Below are positions 1 to 12,980 of a stretch of 64,000 nt of DNA, in pieces; position 1 is the stretch's first letter, and each line of letters begins with the position of its first letter. Both the position numbers and the translations under genes were made by a program. Source of the stretch: Octopus sinensis (lineage: Eukaryota); the NCBI RefSeq assembly GCF_006345805.1, contig NC_043009.1, forward strand, positions 42,718,001 through 42,782,000, written 5' to 3'. The notes beneath the pieces are model-generated. The model searched no databases. It was not told where the DNA came from and saw nothing but the letters and a program-made list of their open reading frames with translations.

Positions 1-125
1 AGTAGGCTCGAATTAGAGATTATTCTTTGTGGCTAATGGCATGAGTCCTGATTGGAAGAAGAAGAAGAAGAAGAAGAAGAAGAAGAAGAAGAAGAAGAAG
101 AAGAAGAAAAAGAAGAAGACGACGA
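1..125 (+). mobile_element. 3' end of retroposon with (GAA)n tail (same tail as SINE-C copy at 40027-40560)
   Basis: 1-56 agtaggctcgaattagagattattctttgt...gagtcctgattgg matches 40452-40506; both are followed by (GAA)n. Confidence 0.75.
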
Positions 126-1211
126 CAACAACTCTAGTGCTCCACTGTTGCATATTGACAATTTCTTAACTATAAAATTCGTAGGTTTATAAAACAATCA
201 GATGAGATTATGCAATATTCATTCTCAGAATCAGGGATAACGTAAGATTAGCACCACAGGCAGAAAATGAAACTAGGTCTTGGGCTCAGCTTACCAGCTG
301 ATCACGTCCCATTGACTGCATGTACTCAACCCCACTGCCACTACCACCAGTACTACCACCTCTGCTACAATAACCATCACCACCAACACCACAACTACCA
401 CCCCTATTACCCATACAACTAACACCATCACTTCTACCCGCGCCGTCCTTACATACGGTGGCGACTATTTTCACTGGTATGTTTCCTTTTCATGTGTTAG
501 ATATTTCATTTTGAAATAGTTCTTAATAAATAAAAATAATTAAACCAATTAAGAAAGATAAATTCAGGCAAAATAAATTTTTGGGTAGAAAGAAAGCAAA
601 AAAAAAAAAAATAGAAAACATTTAAAAAATGAAAATTTTAGACTTGAACAGAGACGTAAAGAATTCTTAATTGTAAAACCCCAACCCGCTTCTGTACCAT
701 AAGAATACTTTTCAGGTTTCTATAGAAAGCCATTTCGCTACTGTTTTAAATGCAACTAATCCCAACTAGTTCAGTTTCTGAAAAATTTATTTTTTTAGCA
801 AACTTTATTTTTATTTTTTACCGTTTCTTTTCTCTTCTTTGACTTGACTAACAGCTTTAATTTCACCCACACCATAGTATCAGCTCTTGTTTCTTGTGTT
901 CTCTCTCGTTTCCTTTCGTTCGTTCTCGCATGTACATTTTTTGTGTTTGTGTGTGTGTATGTGTGTGTGTGTGTGTGTGAGTGTGTGTGCGTGTGTGTAT
1001 GTATGCTTTCTGTGTGTGTGTATGTGGGGTTTTTTGGGGGTTTTTTTGTTGGTTTTTTTTTTTCTCTTTTCGAGGGAACATTGCTTCTTAGTACAAAATT
1101 TATCACTTGAAATTAATCCTTGAAAGCCAAAACAGTAAAAACAAACAACGCAAATTATGGGATTAACTTGGACTAGTTGTGATTGAACAATGTTTTAATA
1201 GCAAATCATTA

Positions 1212-1273
<62 letters not shown>

Positions 1274-2212
1274 ACACTCACACAAACAAAAAAACTCTTA
1301 ACCACACAATTAGTGTCATGCAGTCCCTTTCTTGTTTGATGCATTTTTCCCACGAGATTTAGCTGTATTTATAAACTAACAACGCCAACAAAGAATTACT
1401 TGGGTACAAAAACAGCTCTCGCAATACACCTCCTCTTTTTATTTGTTTATTTATTTATTTATTTATTTATTCATTCATTTGTGTAGTTATTTATTTATTT
1501 ATTTATTGTTTATTTATTTATTTATTTATTTATTCATTCATTTGTGTAGTTATTTATTTATTTATTTATTTGTTTATTTATATTAATGTAAAACGGAAAT
1601 GGATTCCAAGAGATGGAGGCAAGCAAATAATGACATGACCTTTGGGGGGGGGGGAGAACAGGGGTGCTCAGAAAGACAAGCAAAATAGTTTTTCTTTGTT
1701 GGGTCATCAAGAACACAAGCCAGAACAAATGGAATCGATATAAATTTGGTGCATAAGAGATTTGGTAACCAGGTCGTCCTGTTTTTGCAAAAATAAAAAT
1801 AAAAAATAATGATAATAATAATAATAATAATTGCTTAATTAAGCAGACTTACATCAAGTCATAAGAATTTGTTCAGCTATTTGTTTTGACAATGATCATT
1901 CATAAGAATTCTTTGACTGCGAAAGAATAAGCCAATTCCAATTGCTAGAATTTCTCAGTGCATTTTTTTTTTTATTCTTTTCTTTTTGCTGCTACAATCT
2001 GGAAACTACTTATTCAAGTACTAATAACTACCATTTCTTATCAGGACATTTCACAGGGGCCTTTGAGATTAATGAGAGAGAGAGAGAGTGAGGAAAGAAT
2101 CCTTAAACAATGGACTGGTCAGCACTATCGCAAGGCACACTGAGCAGTTGTCCAGGAGCCTTGTGGATCTAGGGGCCTAATTCTGATCTATATATAGTGT
2201 GATTTATTGTAT

Positions 2213-2490
2213 GAAAGCATGTGGCCTAGAAGTTAGGCTGTTACCCTCACAATCACTAGTTCATGGGTTCGATTCCCAGACCAGGGGGTGTGTTGTGTTC
2301 TTGAGCAAAGCACTTCATTTCACATAGTTACAATCCCCTTTCAATCAAGGATGTGTGTTGGCCTGCTCACCTAGACAGTGGGGTGGCATCATTTGATGGC
2401 TAAAACAATGCAAAGTGGATTGTTACCAGCGATGTGTAACAGCATCTGATAGTCTGGTCGGTCATATGATCACATGGTCATGTGATGTGT
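2213..2490 (+). mobile_element. tRNA-derived SINE (family D), CpG-decayed
   Basis: A-box-like gtggcctagaagttagg, B-box gggttcgattccc, CORE-like ttcttgagcaaagcacttcatttcac; its 3' part recurs inverted at about 30870-30970. Confidence 0.65.
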
Positions 2491-2809
2491 GATTTACTAA
2501 TAGAAACTAAATACTAGAGGGTTTAGTGTATTGATTTACCTAAGGGCTTATAATGCTACTAGGATAGCTCTGGATTTGGTCCAAACACTTCCAATAGCAT
2601 TATACAAACAGCAAATTGCATCATATCAGTTGTGTACAGAGTGGGCCAAAAGTCATGCAGAAAATTTGTTCAATACACTCCAAAATTGTCAAAGACATTC
2701 TTCATTTCTTCTAAAATTGGATAAAATGGTACAAAATGATGATGAATATACACATGATGAGCAAAATAAATACATAATAATAATAATTAATAATAATAAT
2801 AATAATAAT

Positions 2810-3341
2810 TGGCTCACGTGGCTTCTGATCTTAACTGATTGGAAGTGTTATCATGTACATTGTTTTGTCTTGGTATAAAAGATGGGCTACAGCAAATATT
2901 CTGCTCAATACCACAGATTTGCTTGTCAGTTGTTTGACCTTAACCAGTTGAGCATGTCCCTCAGTGGCTGACGATATGTGCATCTCTGATCATGAGCAGA
3001 AGTAGTGGGGTAGCATCATAGTCATGTGTTGAGAGGGATTCTTTGGGATTTGAAAAATTCACCTTTGGAAACATGGGTGTTTCGTTCAGCATCCTTAAAC
3101 AACCCTTATTCAGGGACCTTTTGAGCAAGATGGGTTACTTGACCAGAAGAAAATTCTAACTGGGCCCCACCTGCAAGGTCATGTGCTGTTTATCTTGATA
3201 TGAGATCACCATGTCGCACACACATGGTTGTGATGCATGTGCCTAGTGTACCCTTATCAGACGGGTAGTCATGATTGGTATACTGGGCCTCGTATATTTT
3301 ACCCCAGTGACACTTTGATAGCATGCAACGCTCTCTCACTC
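2810..3341 (+). mobile_element. Probable non-LTR retroelement 3' UTR fragment embedded in (AAT)n (Dong/R4-like context)
   Basis: 530-bp complex segment with (AAT)n on both sides, ending ctctctcactc(aat)n like a retroposon tail; family assignment is inference. Confidence 0.4.
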
Positions 3342-3373
<32 letters not shown>

Positions 3374-3374
<1 letters not shown>

Positions 3375-3612
3375 CCTTTCTACTACAGGCACAAGGCCTG
3401 AAAGTTTTGGTGAGAGGGAGCTAGTCAATTACATTGACCCCAGTGCATAACTGGTACTTATTTTATTGAACCCCCAAAAGGCAGAAAAGGCAAAGTTGTC
3501 CTCAGTGGAATTTGAACTCAGAACATAAAGACAGACAAAATACCACGAAGCATATTTCTCAGTGTGCTAACAATTCTTCCTGTTCACCACCTTAGTAATA
3601 TTAATGATGATG

Positions 3613-3670
<58 letters not shown>

Positions 3671-3897
3671 TAATCTTTTCTACTAAAAGCACAAAGCCTG
3701 AAAATTCTGGGAGGAGAAGACTAGTCAATTACATCAATCACCACACCAGTGTGTAAGTGGTACTTATTTCATCAACCATAAAAGGATGAAAGGCAAAATT
3801 AACCTCAATAGAATTTGAACTCAGAACATAAAGACAGTCAAAGTATAACTAAGCATTTTTCCCAGTGTACTGATGATACTTCCAGTTCACCACCTTA
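3374..3897 (-). mobile_element. Two stacked SINE-A copies (3374-3592, 3673-3897), CpG-decayed
   Basis: Reverse-complement matches to the SINE-A body (ttctgagttcaaattcc...ctttcatcctt...aagtaccag), separated by (AAT)n. Confidence 0.85.
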
Positions 3898-3930
3898 GTA
3901 ATAAAATTGATAATAATAATAATGATAATA

Positions 3931-3986
<56 letters not shown>

Positions 3987-3987
<1 letters not shown>

Positions 3988-4113
3988 TCCTACGCAGAAC
4001 ACTTTCCATACAATAACCATCAGAGCATCACAACAAATCACAGCACATACCCAAGGCGCACAGAGCTGCGCTCGGTAGTGAAGTGAAAGCACGCTATAAA
4101 AATAAAACTACTG
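3987..4113 (+). mobile_element. 5'-truncated Dong/R4-like LINE 3' end in (TAA)n array
   Basis: Reads ILRRTLSIQ* (3987-4016), resembling restriction-like-endonuclease LINE C-termini, then a short 3' UTR with aataaa and (aat)n; (TAA)n also on the 5' side. Confidence 0.55.
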
Positions 4114-4130
4114 AATAATAATAATAATTA

Positions 4131-4412
4131 TAATCCTTTGTACTATATGCACAAGGACCAAAATTTGGGGGAAGGGGAGAGTCAAATACATCGACCTCAG
4201 TACTTAAATGGTACTTATTTTATAGGCCCTGAAAGGATGAAAGGTAAAGACAACCTTGGCGGAATTTGATCTCAGATTGTAAGGCTGGATGAACTGCCGC
4301 TAAGCCTTTTGGCCAGCATGATATCGATTCTACCACCTCATTATCATTATTATTATTATTATCATTATTATTATTATTATCATTATTATTATTATCATAA
4401 TTATTATTATTA

Positions 4413-4454
<42 letters not shown>

Positions 4455-4625
4455 GCAGTATTTCGTCTGTCTTTAAGTTCTGAGTTCAAATTCCACCAAT
4501 TTCGACTTTGCCTTTCATCCTTTTGGGGCTGATAAATTAAGTATTAGTTGCATACTGGAGTCAATCTAATTGACTGGCCCCCTCCCCCAAATTTTCAGGC
4601 CTTGTGCCTAGAGTAGAAAAGATTA
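4131..4625. mobile_element. SINE-A copies (4131-4340 minus; 4455-4625 plus, 5'-truncated) around (ATT)n
   Basis: Matches to SINE-A body and 3' tail aggccttgtgcct..agtagaaa.gattatt. Confidence 0.8.
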
Positions 4626-4632
4626 TTATTAC

Positions 4633-4680
<48 letters not shown>

Positions 4681-6158
4681 GCATTTAATAATAATTTTGG
4701 GCCACTTTATATTTGTCAAGCTTTTTAATTTTTATATTTTGGGTTCAAATACTAGTAGGATCAACCTTGATTTTTCACTAAAATTATGGGCAATAAGATA
4801 AGATCCAAGGAAGCACTGAAATCAATTAAATTGATTAAAGGAGTTAGAAACCAACTAATGAAGCGGAAAAGATGATTAGTAAAGAAATACCCTATAGACT
4901 GGACAGAGGTCAGACATGTTAGTGTGTCAGGTTTAAGATGACCAATATTTATGGTGTTCAATTCATATTGAAAAGTTAAAAGGTGTTGTGTTTGACGTAA
5001 AGGAAGAGGAGGAGGAGACCTTTAATCTGCATGTTTGTTACAATCACTCACCGAGTCACACCCAGTGTCCTAGGATTAGTGAAGGATAAGAGATGTTACA
5101 GTATGACTGAAAGTTTGTGGGGGCAAGTGACAGGGGCAGTAGTGAAATATCTTCATGTAATTCAACACATACATTTAAATTGCTAGGGTCATTCTAAGGA
5201 TGTGGACAGTACTTGTCAGCACAATATTTTGGATTTCTCTGAGACATGGTTCTCCTGGGACATCTGACACATCTTTTGATGATTGTGCTGGTGGTGATGA
5301 TAATGGTGTTGATAATGGTGGTGATGATAATGATGATGATGATAACACACACACAAACACACATACAAGATGTTCAGGCTAAATTAGCTGACTGGTCATG
5401 TAGCTCTTTCATTTTGGCATCCTCTAACTCATTAATTTCTTCACCCGCCTCATCATTCATGTTCCACCACTTACTGGCATTGCAGTAACCATTATGCCCA
5501 GTGAGCTTACCTCAGAACATCATCCTACTGGCATCTCCTTCCTAATCATATCTTTCCTGCAGCTGTTGACCTTCAACAATTTAAGCACAAAATTAACAAA
5601 AGCAAGCTCTCCTCTTTTGGAGTGCCAACCAAGTAAAGAGCACTACCTCTTCCTCTTGACTTAGCAAGTAAAAATATTTTAAAAACACAAGCTTACAGAA
5701 GTAATATTTCTGCCTGCTTTGTTCATTCTAGAATGGCAAAACAATAGAACAAGGAAGTATTTATTATAAAAATAATAAATATTTCCAGATGGATGTTGAA
5801 ACAGAAGTTGAAAGAGAAGCATTTGTGCAGTGCTGTTGTGCCAAATTGAAATATTCTACAAGCTAGTATTTACAAGTTTTACTATTAAGAAAGAATTTGC
5901 TTTATATCTCTTGAAGTTTCTAAATTCTTTTAATGTAAACATCATATAATCTTTGCTGGTAAAAACAGAGCCTGTAATATGGATGGAGAAAACTGAAAGT
6001 GTTGCTTTGGTATAAGGGTTTGAACATCACTCATGTTTACAGAAGATCTATGACTGAGACCTACTGGTAGCCTTTCCCTTCTTTCCTTTTAAAGGGGTTT
6101 TTTAAACCCAATATTCTATATGCTATTATTTACTTCATAAACAACAAAATATAACAAG

Positions 6159-6282
6159 GCATGGAATGAAAGCTTTTAACTGGGAACTTATTAGTGGCAG
6201 CATATCATCATTGAAGACTTGGTTACTGGAATTTTATGATGCCATTTTTTTTGACAATGACATCGATAAATTTCATTCCAAA
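6159..6282 (+). CDS. Weak candidate coding exon HGMKAFNWELISGSISSLKTWLLEFYDAIFFDNDIDKFHSK
   Basis: Open non-repetitive frame, AG at 6157-6158, donor aaa|gtgaga; acceptor lacks a good pyrimidine tract; no family recognised. Confidence 0.2.
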
Positions 6283-6409
6283 GTGAGAAAATATGGTAGA
6301 AAACAGACACCTTTTTTGTTTTCTTTTTAAGGCTTGTTTTCACTGTCTTTTGTTTAGGTTCTCCGCACAAATACGTATCTAAGTTGTTTGTTATTGCTAT
6401 TGTTATTAT

Positions 6410-7225
6410 TAGCATGCCAGACAAAATGTTTTTTCTGGTATTTCTCCCGTCTTTACATTCTGAGTTCAAATTCCACTGAGGCCGATTTTACTTTGCATCC
6501 TTTCACATCATCATCATCATCATCATCGTTTAACGTCCGCTTTCCATGCTAGCATGGGTTGGACGGTTCAACTGGGGTCTGGCAAGCCCGAAGGCTGCAC
6601 CAGGCCAGTCAGATCTGGCAGTGTTTCTACAGCTGGATGCCCTTCCTAACACCAACAACTCCGAGAGTACCTGTCGAGACCTAGGGTTGATGCAATCAAT
6701 AAACCACTACCTCCAAAATTTCAGGCCCTGTGCCTCTAGTAGACAGGATTGTTATTATTATAACGTGTAAGAAGGTGGCGAGCTGGCAGAATTGTTAGCA
6801 TGGTGGACAAAATGCTTAGCAGTATTTCACCTGTCGCTACATTCTGAATTCAAATTCCACCAAGGTTGACTTTACTTTCATCCTTTCAGGATCGATAAAT
6901 CGAAGGACCAGTTGAGTACTGGGGTTGATGTAATTGCCTATCCCTCTCCCCTAAATTTCAGGCCTTGTGCCAATAATAGAAAGGATTATTATTATTACTG
7001 TGGTGAGCTGGCAGAACTGTTAGCTTGCCGGGTAAAATGCTCAGACATATTTCATCCATCTTTACATTCTGAGCTCAAATTCTGCCAAGGTAGACTTTTC
7101 TTTCCATACTTTCAGGGTTGATAAAATAAGTACCAGTTGCACACTGGGAGATCAATGTAATTGACTTACCTTATTCCATGAACTTGCTGGCCTTGTGCTA
7201 AAATTTGAAACCATTATTATTATTC
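6410..7225 (+). mobile_element. Three stacked SINE-A copies (6410-6760 interrupted, 6770-6990, 7000-7225)
   Basis: Heads ggtggcgagctggcagaa / ggtgagctggcagaa, B-box gagttcaaattc, (ATT)n tails; strong CpG to TpG/CpA decay. Confidence 0.85.
6506..6668 (-). mobile_element. 5'-truncated retroposon with (GAT)n tail inserted in a SINE-A copy
   Basis: Minus strand reads gttaggaagggcatccagctgtagaaac...gaaagcggacgttaaacgatgatgatg (V-domain-like motif); SINE-A resumes on both sides. Confidence 0.6.
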
Positions 7226-7299
7226 ATTATACTGTATACATTACATATAATAACAAAATTATATTTCATGAATATACATATACATACGAATATAATTAT

Positions 7300-7325
7300 T
7301 TATTTATTTAATATTATAATTATTA

Positions 7326-7419
<94 letters not shown>

Positions 7420-7877
7420 CATGATTATTATTACTATGATCATCATCATTTTTATTATTCCATTTCCAGTATAAATATGAATATGAAGACTTTGCAAGTG
7501 AGAGATGTCATCTAACTCTACCACGAACAGAGTGAACATGAATTCCAAATTGTTGATGATGCCATGAAAATTGTATGATACAAAGAAAACAGCAGAATAG
7601 AATACATTGGACCCCAGGAGGTTTTTATATCAAGAAGACATAAGAGACAATGGAAACAATGAAATAAAAGCTATTCTATGGAATTAAAACCTAATTCTTA
7701 CCAAGAACGGTTTAAAGAAGAAGCTAACAACATTTCATCACAGCTTTTGCTCTTTTATATTTCTGTCATGTTTTTTTTTATCTCAAAAACAATGGCTCTT
7801 AACAATATTTCTCAATTATCTCTGTAGAGCATACCTAAAATACATACATGCATTATATATATATATATGTGTGTATG

Positions 7878-7925
<48 letters not shown>

Positions 7926-8032
7926 CACAAAATTTGCAAATACATATACATAAATTCATATACAGATATACATATAATTATATATGTGTATATTTATATA
8001 TATATATATATATATACAAACATATATACATT

Positions 8033-8064
<32 letters not shown>

Positions 8065-8286
8065 TATATGTATATATATGTATATATACATGCATATATA
8101 TGTATGTATATGCATATATAAGTATATATGTATAGGTATTTATATACATAGGTATTTATATCTATATACTGATATATATATATATATATTATATATATAT
8201 ATATAATATATATATATATATACAAACATATATACATTTATATATATATATATATTATATATATATATATATGAGTACATATATAG

Positions 8287-8331
<45 letters not shown>

Positions 8332-8364
8332 CATATAATTATATTTATATATATATTTAATCTA

Positions 8365-8403
<39 letters not shown>

Positions 8404-8866
8404 GCACATTCACACATACTTACATGCACACACACACATACACATGTAATAAGTGTGCACATGCATGACAAGGAAGTTGTTGGGATTCCTCCTATCTACA
8501 AATGATCAACATGTCCTAGCCACCGGAGGGCGTGTTAGTTCATAATTAGCTATCACCTTCTAATGTTTGTTCAGCTAATCCTGATAACAAAACAACTCTG
8601 AAACAAGTACATACAAAACAAAACAAACAGAAAAAAAAAACTGTCAACATTACAGAGGATTGGTGCTACAAGATTACCGAAAACAAAAGTATTTGTCAGG
8701 AATCTAGTTTAGAACTAAAACTATTGCGATAAGTATATGGAATTATTTAGCAGTTTTTATTATCATTATTATTATTATTATCATCATCATCATCATCATC
8801 ACCATTATCATTATTATTATTATTACTATTATTATTATGATTATTTTATTACTATTATTATTATTG

Positions 8867-8942
<76 letters not shown>

Positions 8943-8975
8943 CATTGCTATTGCTATTGTTATTATTATCATTGC

Positions 8976-9029
<54 letters not shown>

Positions 9030-9262
9030 CATTGCTATTGCTATTGTTATTATTATCATTGCTATTATATTATATATTATTATTATTATTATATTATTAT
9101 TATATTATTATCATTGCTCTTGCTATGTATTATTATCATTGCTATTATTATATTATTATTATTATATTATTATTATTATTATTATATTATATTATTATTA
9201 TTATTATTATTATCATTGCTATGCTATTATTATTATTATCATTGCTATTATTATTATTATTA

Positions 9263-9294
<32 letters not shown>

Positions 9295-9370
9295 TATCAT
9301 TGCTATTGCTATTATTATTATTATCATTGCTATTATTATTATTATTATATTATTATTATTATTATATTAG
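7300..9370. repeat. Microsatellite field: (ATT)n 7300-7450, (AT)n/(GT)n 7850-8460, compound (ATT)n 8760-9370
   Basis: Directly visible. Confidence 0.95.
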
Positions 9371-9876
9371 ATTTTGGGGTCTGTTTTCTTAAAAGTTTTT
9401 ATCTTTTGTAAGTTTCTTTCTTTCTTCTCCTTTCTTCAGCTGTTTGTTTGCTTGCTTTTTATTTTCATCTATTTTTTATTTCCTTTATTTTGTTTTTGCT
9501 ATATTATTTGGTGGTTAATGTTACTTTACTGTTGTTGCTGCTGTTGTTGTTGTTGCTGCAGTTACTGCTGTTGTTGTTGTTGTTATTGTTGTAGCTGTTA
9601 TTGTTGTCATCATGTGAAAACTCTTCGAGACAAACCGGGTATCCTTGTATCCGTGCATCTAGGTGTGAGTGTGCAGCTGTGAATACATATATACATACAT
9701 ACATATATATATACACACACACATATATATATATGCACACACACACACACACATATCTATATATTTATAGATGTTATATATATATATAAACATGTGAACA
9801 TCTAGGCATACATACATACGGCATGCATACATTACATACATTCGTACATTCTGACACATACACACAAAATACATAC

Positions 9877-9907
<31 letters not shown>

Positions 9908-10253
9908 AGCACACACACACATACACACACAAGCAGACACATACAGTAAATGCATGCATAAAATTACGAATTTCTATTGAAACCACTAAGTTTGGCTTCA
10001 CATGGGAAACAATTGCTATTTCTTCAGTATTATGTATTGTTTTGGGACAACAGAGAGAAGAAACTTGCCTAAGGTCAGCAACTTAATAAGAAAACATAGG
10101 CTGCCATTTTGCAGCACTATTGATAAACAGATTGACAAAGCCAACACAGCCAAATTTACTTAAGCCTCTAGATTAATACAAAATATAGAGATAGAAATCT
10201 TGTGTTCAAGAATGTTCATGGTACGCCTCTATGCATGTATCTCTGTCTGTCAC

Positions 10254-10296
<43 letters not shown>

Positions 10297-10770
10297 TGTA
10301 TGTATGTATGTATGTATGTATATATATATAATTGTGTGTGTATACACTCTTGTCTCTATATCATAGTTGGTCATGTGTAGTTTTACAATCATGTGAATGC
10401 ATAGCATTTTGATAGTCTTCTGTAAATAGCTTCCTTATGAGTAAATTGGTTAAAAAGAAATCGCATGGAATATCATTGTATTATTATATATAATATATAT
10501 ATATATAGATATTATGTATATTATAGGAGATGGAAATTTTTTGGTATTATGCATTCTCCATTACACGTATTCCATTTGGTACTAGGAATTACAAAGGTTT
10601 AAATGTTATATAGATATGTAAGGAACTTCCTTCTAGAAATTCGTCATATAGAAGAGTTTTATATATGCGTGTGTGTATGTGTGTGTGTGTGTGCATATAT
10701 ATACGTGTGTATTTCGCAAAACAAAAACATGACCGTCCCAAAACACAACAATATATATATATATATAATA

Positions 10771-10829
<59 letters not shown>

Positions 10830-10852
10830 ATATATGTATGTATGTATATTTG

Positions 10853-12904
10853 CAGAGTGCAGTGAATAAGTTGTCTAAAGTACGCAAAAATGAAAATAAC
10901 ACTGACATCTCATTTTGACAGATATATTTATCAAAAGTACATAAAAAGTATCTTGAAATACTAAAGAGCAAATTTATTCAATAAAATCGCCATTGGAAAT
11001 ACTTTTGGACAGTCTCTTTGTTTAAGTTGGTGAACGCTGCCATAATCGTTGCCTTTAGTTTATTTTCGGTTTTATAAGATTGCGCCGAAAATAATGGCCG
11101 TTCTAAGTGTTTTGTTTTGAAACGCAATTTTATCATAGTATTTTAATTATATTTTAGGTGAATTTCGACATATTTAATAATTGACGTACGCTCTTTAATA
11201 ATTTTCTACTTATTTCAGACAGAAAACATTCTTGAAGCATAGGCGCCCTTAACTATGAACATGGCAAAAAAGGAGCTTCACTTACTTTTCTTGCACGAAT
11301 TCAAGCTTGGGTACAGTGCCTCCCCAACTGCTATCACTCTCAACAGAGCATGGGGTGAGTGCTCTACAAATGATCGCACAGTACGAAGGTGGTTTCATAA
11401 ATTCCGTAGTGGTGATGAGAGCCTTGAAGATGAAGAAGGTAGAGGACGATCATGCAGTCTTGACAATGAACAATTGAAAGCAATTGTTGAACAAAACGCA
11501 CGTCAAAGTTCCAGAGAAATGTCTCAGGAACTTGGTGTCGGTATTTCAACGGTCTCACACAATCTGCAGAAGATTGATAAGGCGAAAAATCTCAATAAAT
11601 GGGTACCGTATGAGCGCAAGGAAAATCAAGAAATTCGGTGTTCTGAAGTGTGCTCGATGCTCTTTCTGCGAAACACCAATGATACTTTTCGTGACCGAAT
11701 AGTCACTTGTGACGAAAAGTGATTCCTTTATCATAACCGTAAACGATCAGGTCAATGGCTTGATCGTGATGAGTACCCCAAGCATTTCCCAAAGCCAAAG
11801 TTGCATCAGCAAAAAAATATGGTGTCTATCTGGTGGTCTTCAATTGGTGTTGATCATTAAAGTTTTTTGGAAGCCAATCAGAGCATTACAGCAGAGGTTT
11901 ACTGCAATCAACTCGCTGAAATCGGCCATTATTTTCGGAACAACCTAATAGAGGAGTTTTGTTGGTCTCGCTCTCAACTGCGCCCCACACATAATAATCT
12001 GGAGCGTTAGGTGGCCAGATGTTAGGGATGATGTGGTCTCAGAAATTGTCTGAGAGCTATGATGGGGTTCTCCTGCTTCTGTGACATGGTGCAGAGTCCT
12101 GTTGCCATTCTCTTCACCCAGAGCGGCACTACTTCCTCCAGGCACTTGATGTAGGCTTCTGTGTTGAGTGTGAGTCCGTGTGGGAAGATGAATGGAGGCA
12201 TAATGTCGCCATCACTAGCGGTCACTCCAAACATCATGATGTTGACTGGATGTTTGATTTTTATCAGTCTCGGTACATCTGATCCTGGCAGAAATTTTTC
12301 TCGTCTGAGAAAAACCATAGCATATTTGGTTGGAGGGGATGCTTGAGTTTATTCAAAAGCTTCGTAGCGCAGTCTTTCCTCTTGTTTTTGATGGCTTGTG
12401 ATAAAAACTGGCCCTTTCTAATCCTGTATGAGGAATACCGGATGTCTTCATGCCGTACCTGCCTTCGAAGAAACTCAGACACTCCCATGTCCCTAGTGAT
12501 TGACCTCATTGACTGGGAGGGATTGTTGTCAATCATGGCCTGGATCTTACCAACAAATTTAGTTATTTTTCTTATCAGAACGATCAGAGTGAGTTTTCCG
12601 AGCTGTTGCACCTTTATAATCACCATTAGACTCATCCAATTCTTTCCGAATCCTCTGCACTGTCTTCCGATTTACACCTAAGCACTCTGAAATGTTCGTA
12701 TTGGAGCTTCCAGCGTGAATGCCAAGCTGTACAGCATGTCGTTTCCAAATTTCTGCCACAGGGAATTGCATCATGGTGCTGTCTTTTTTTTCACAGACGG
12801 TGCGCAACTGATCCTACAATACTGTGTATTAGATAAAATCAAAAAGAAACGACGCGCGAAATTAAAAATATAAGATGGTGACAATTTATCCATCGCACCC
12901 TCTG
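10853..12904 (-). mobile_element. Defective Tc1/mariner element, maT (DD37D)-like, split by a nested mariner
   Basis: Frameshifted transposase (WKRHAVQLGIHAG, LWFFSDEKNF, IMMFGVTASDG, WPPNAPDYYVWGAVERETNKTP) resumes left of the insert as TENKLKATIMAAFTNLNKETVQK; imperfect TIRs cagagtgcagtgaataagttgtc (10853) and gacaatttatccatcgcaccctctg (ends 12904). Confidence 0.8.
11075..11948 (+). mobile_element. Internally deleted mariner transposon (transposase pseudogene 11255 to about 11920)
   Basis: HTH N-terminus, WVPYE and TCDEK motifs, in-frame stops; 28-bp TIRs 11075-11102 and 11921-11948 (23/28 match); TA at 11073-74 and 11949-50. Confidence 0.9.
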
Positions 12905-12980
12905 TGTGTGTGTGTTTGTGTGTATGTATGCGTGTTTACACACACACACACACACATTATATATATATATATATATACAC

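Noticed and set aside
286-474. Gly-rich minus ORF with a gtaag donor-like site at 294
   Set aside because: Degenerate (ACC/ACT)n sequence and no convincing acceptor; the plus-strand Thr-rich frame has a stop at 313
5200-5700. Minus-strand gag|gtaag donor and KWWNMNDEAGEEINELE frame
   Set aside because: Stops in all frames upstream; more like a decayed LINE relic than an exon, and too weak to annotate
8540-8610. Minus-strand acceptor giving VVLLSGLAEQTLEGDS*
   Set aside because: Very short with no partner exon; cannot be separated from chance
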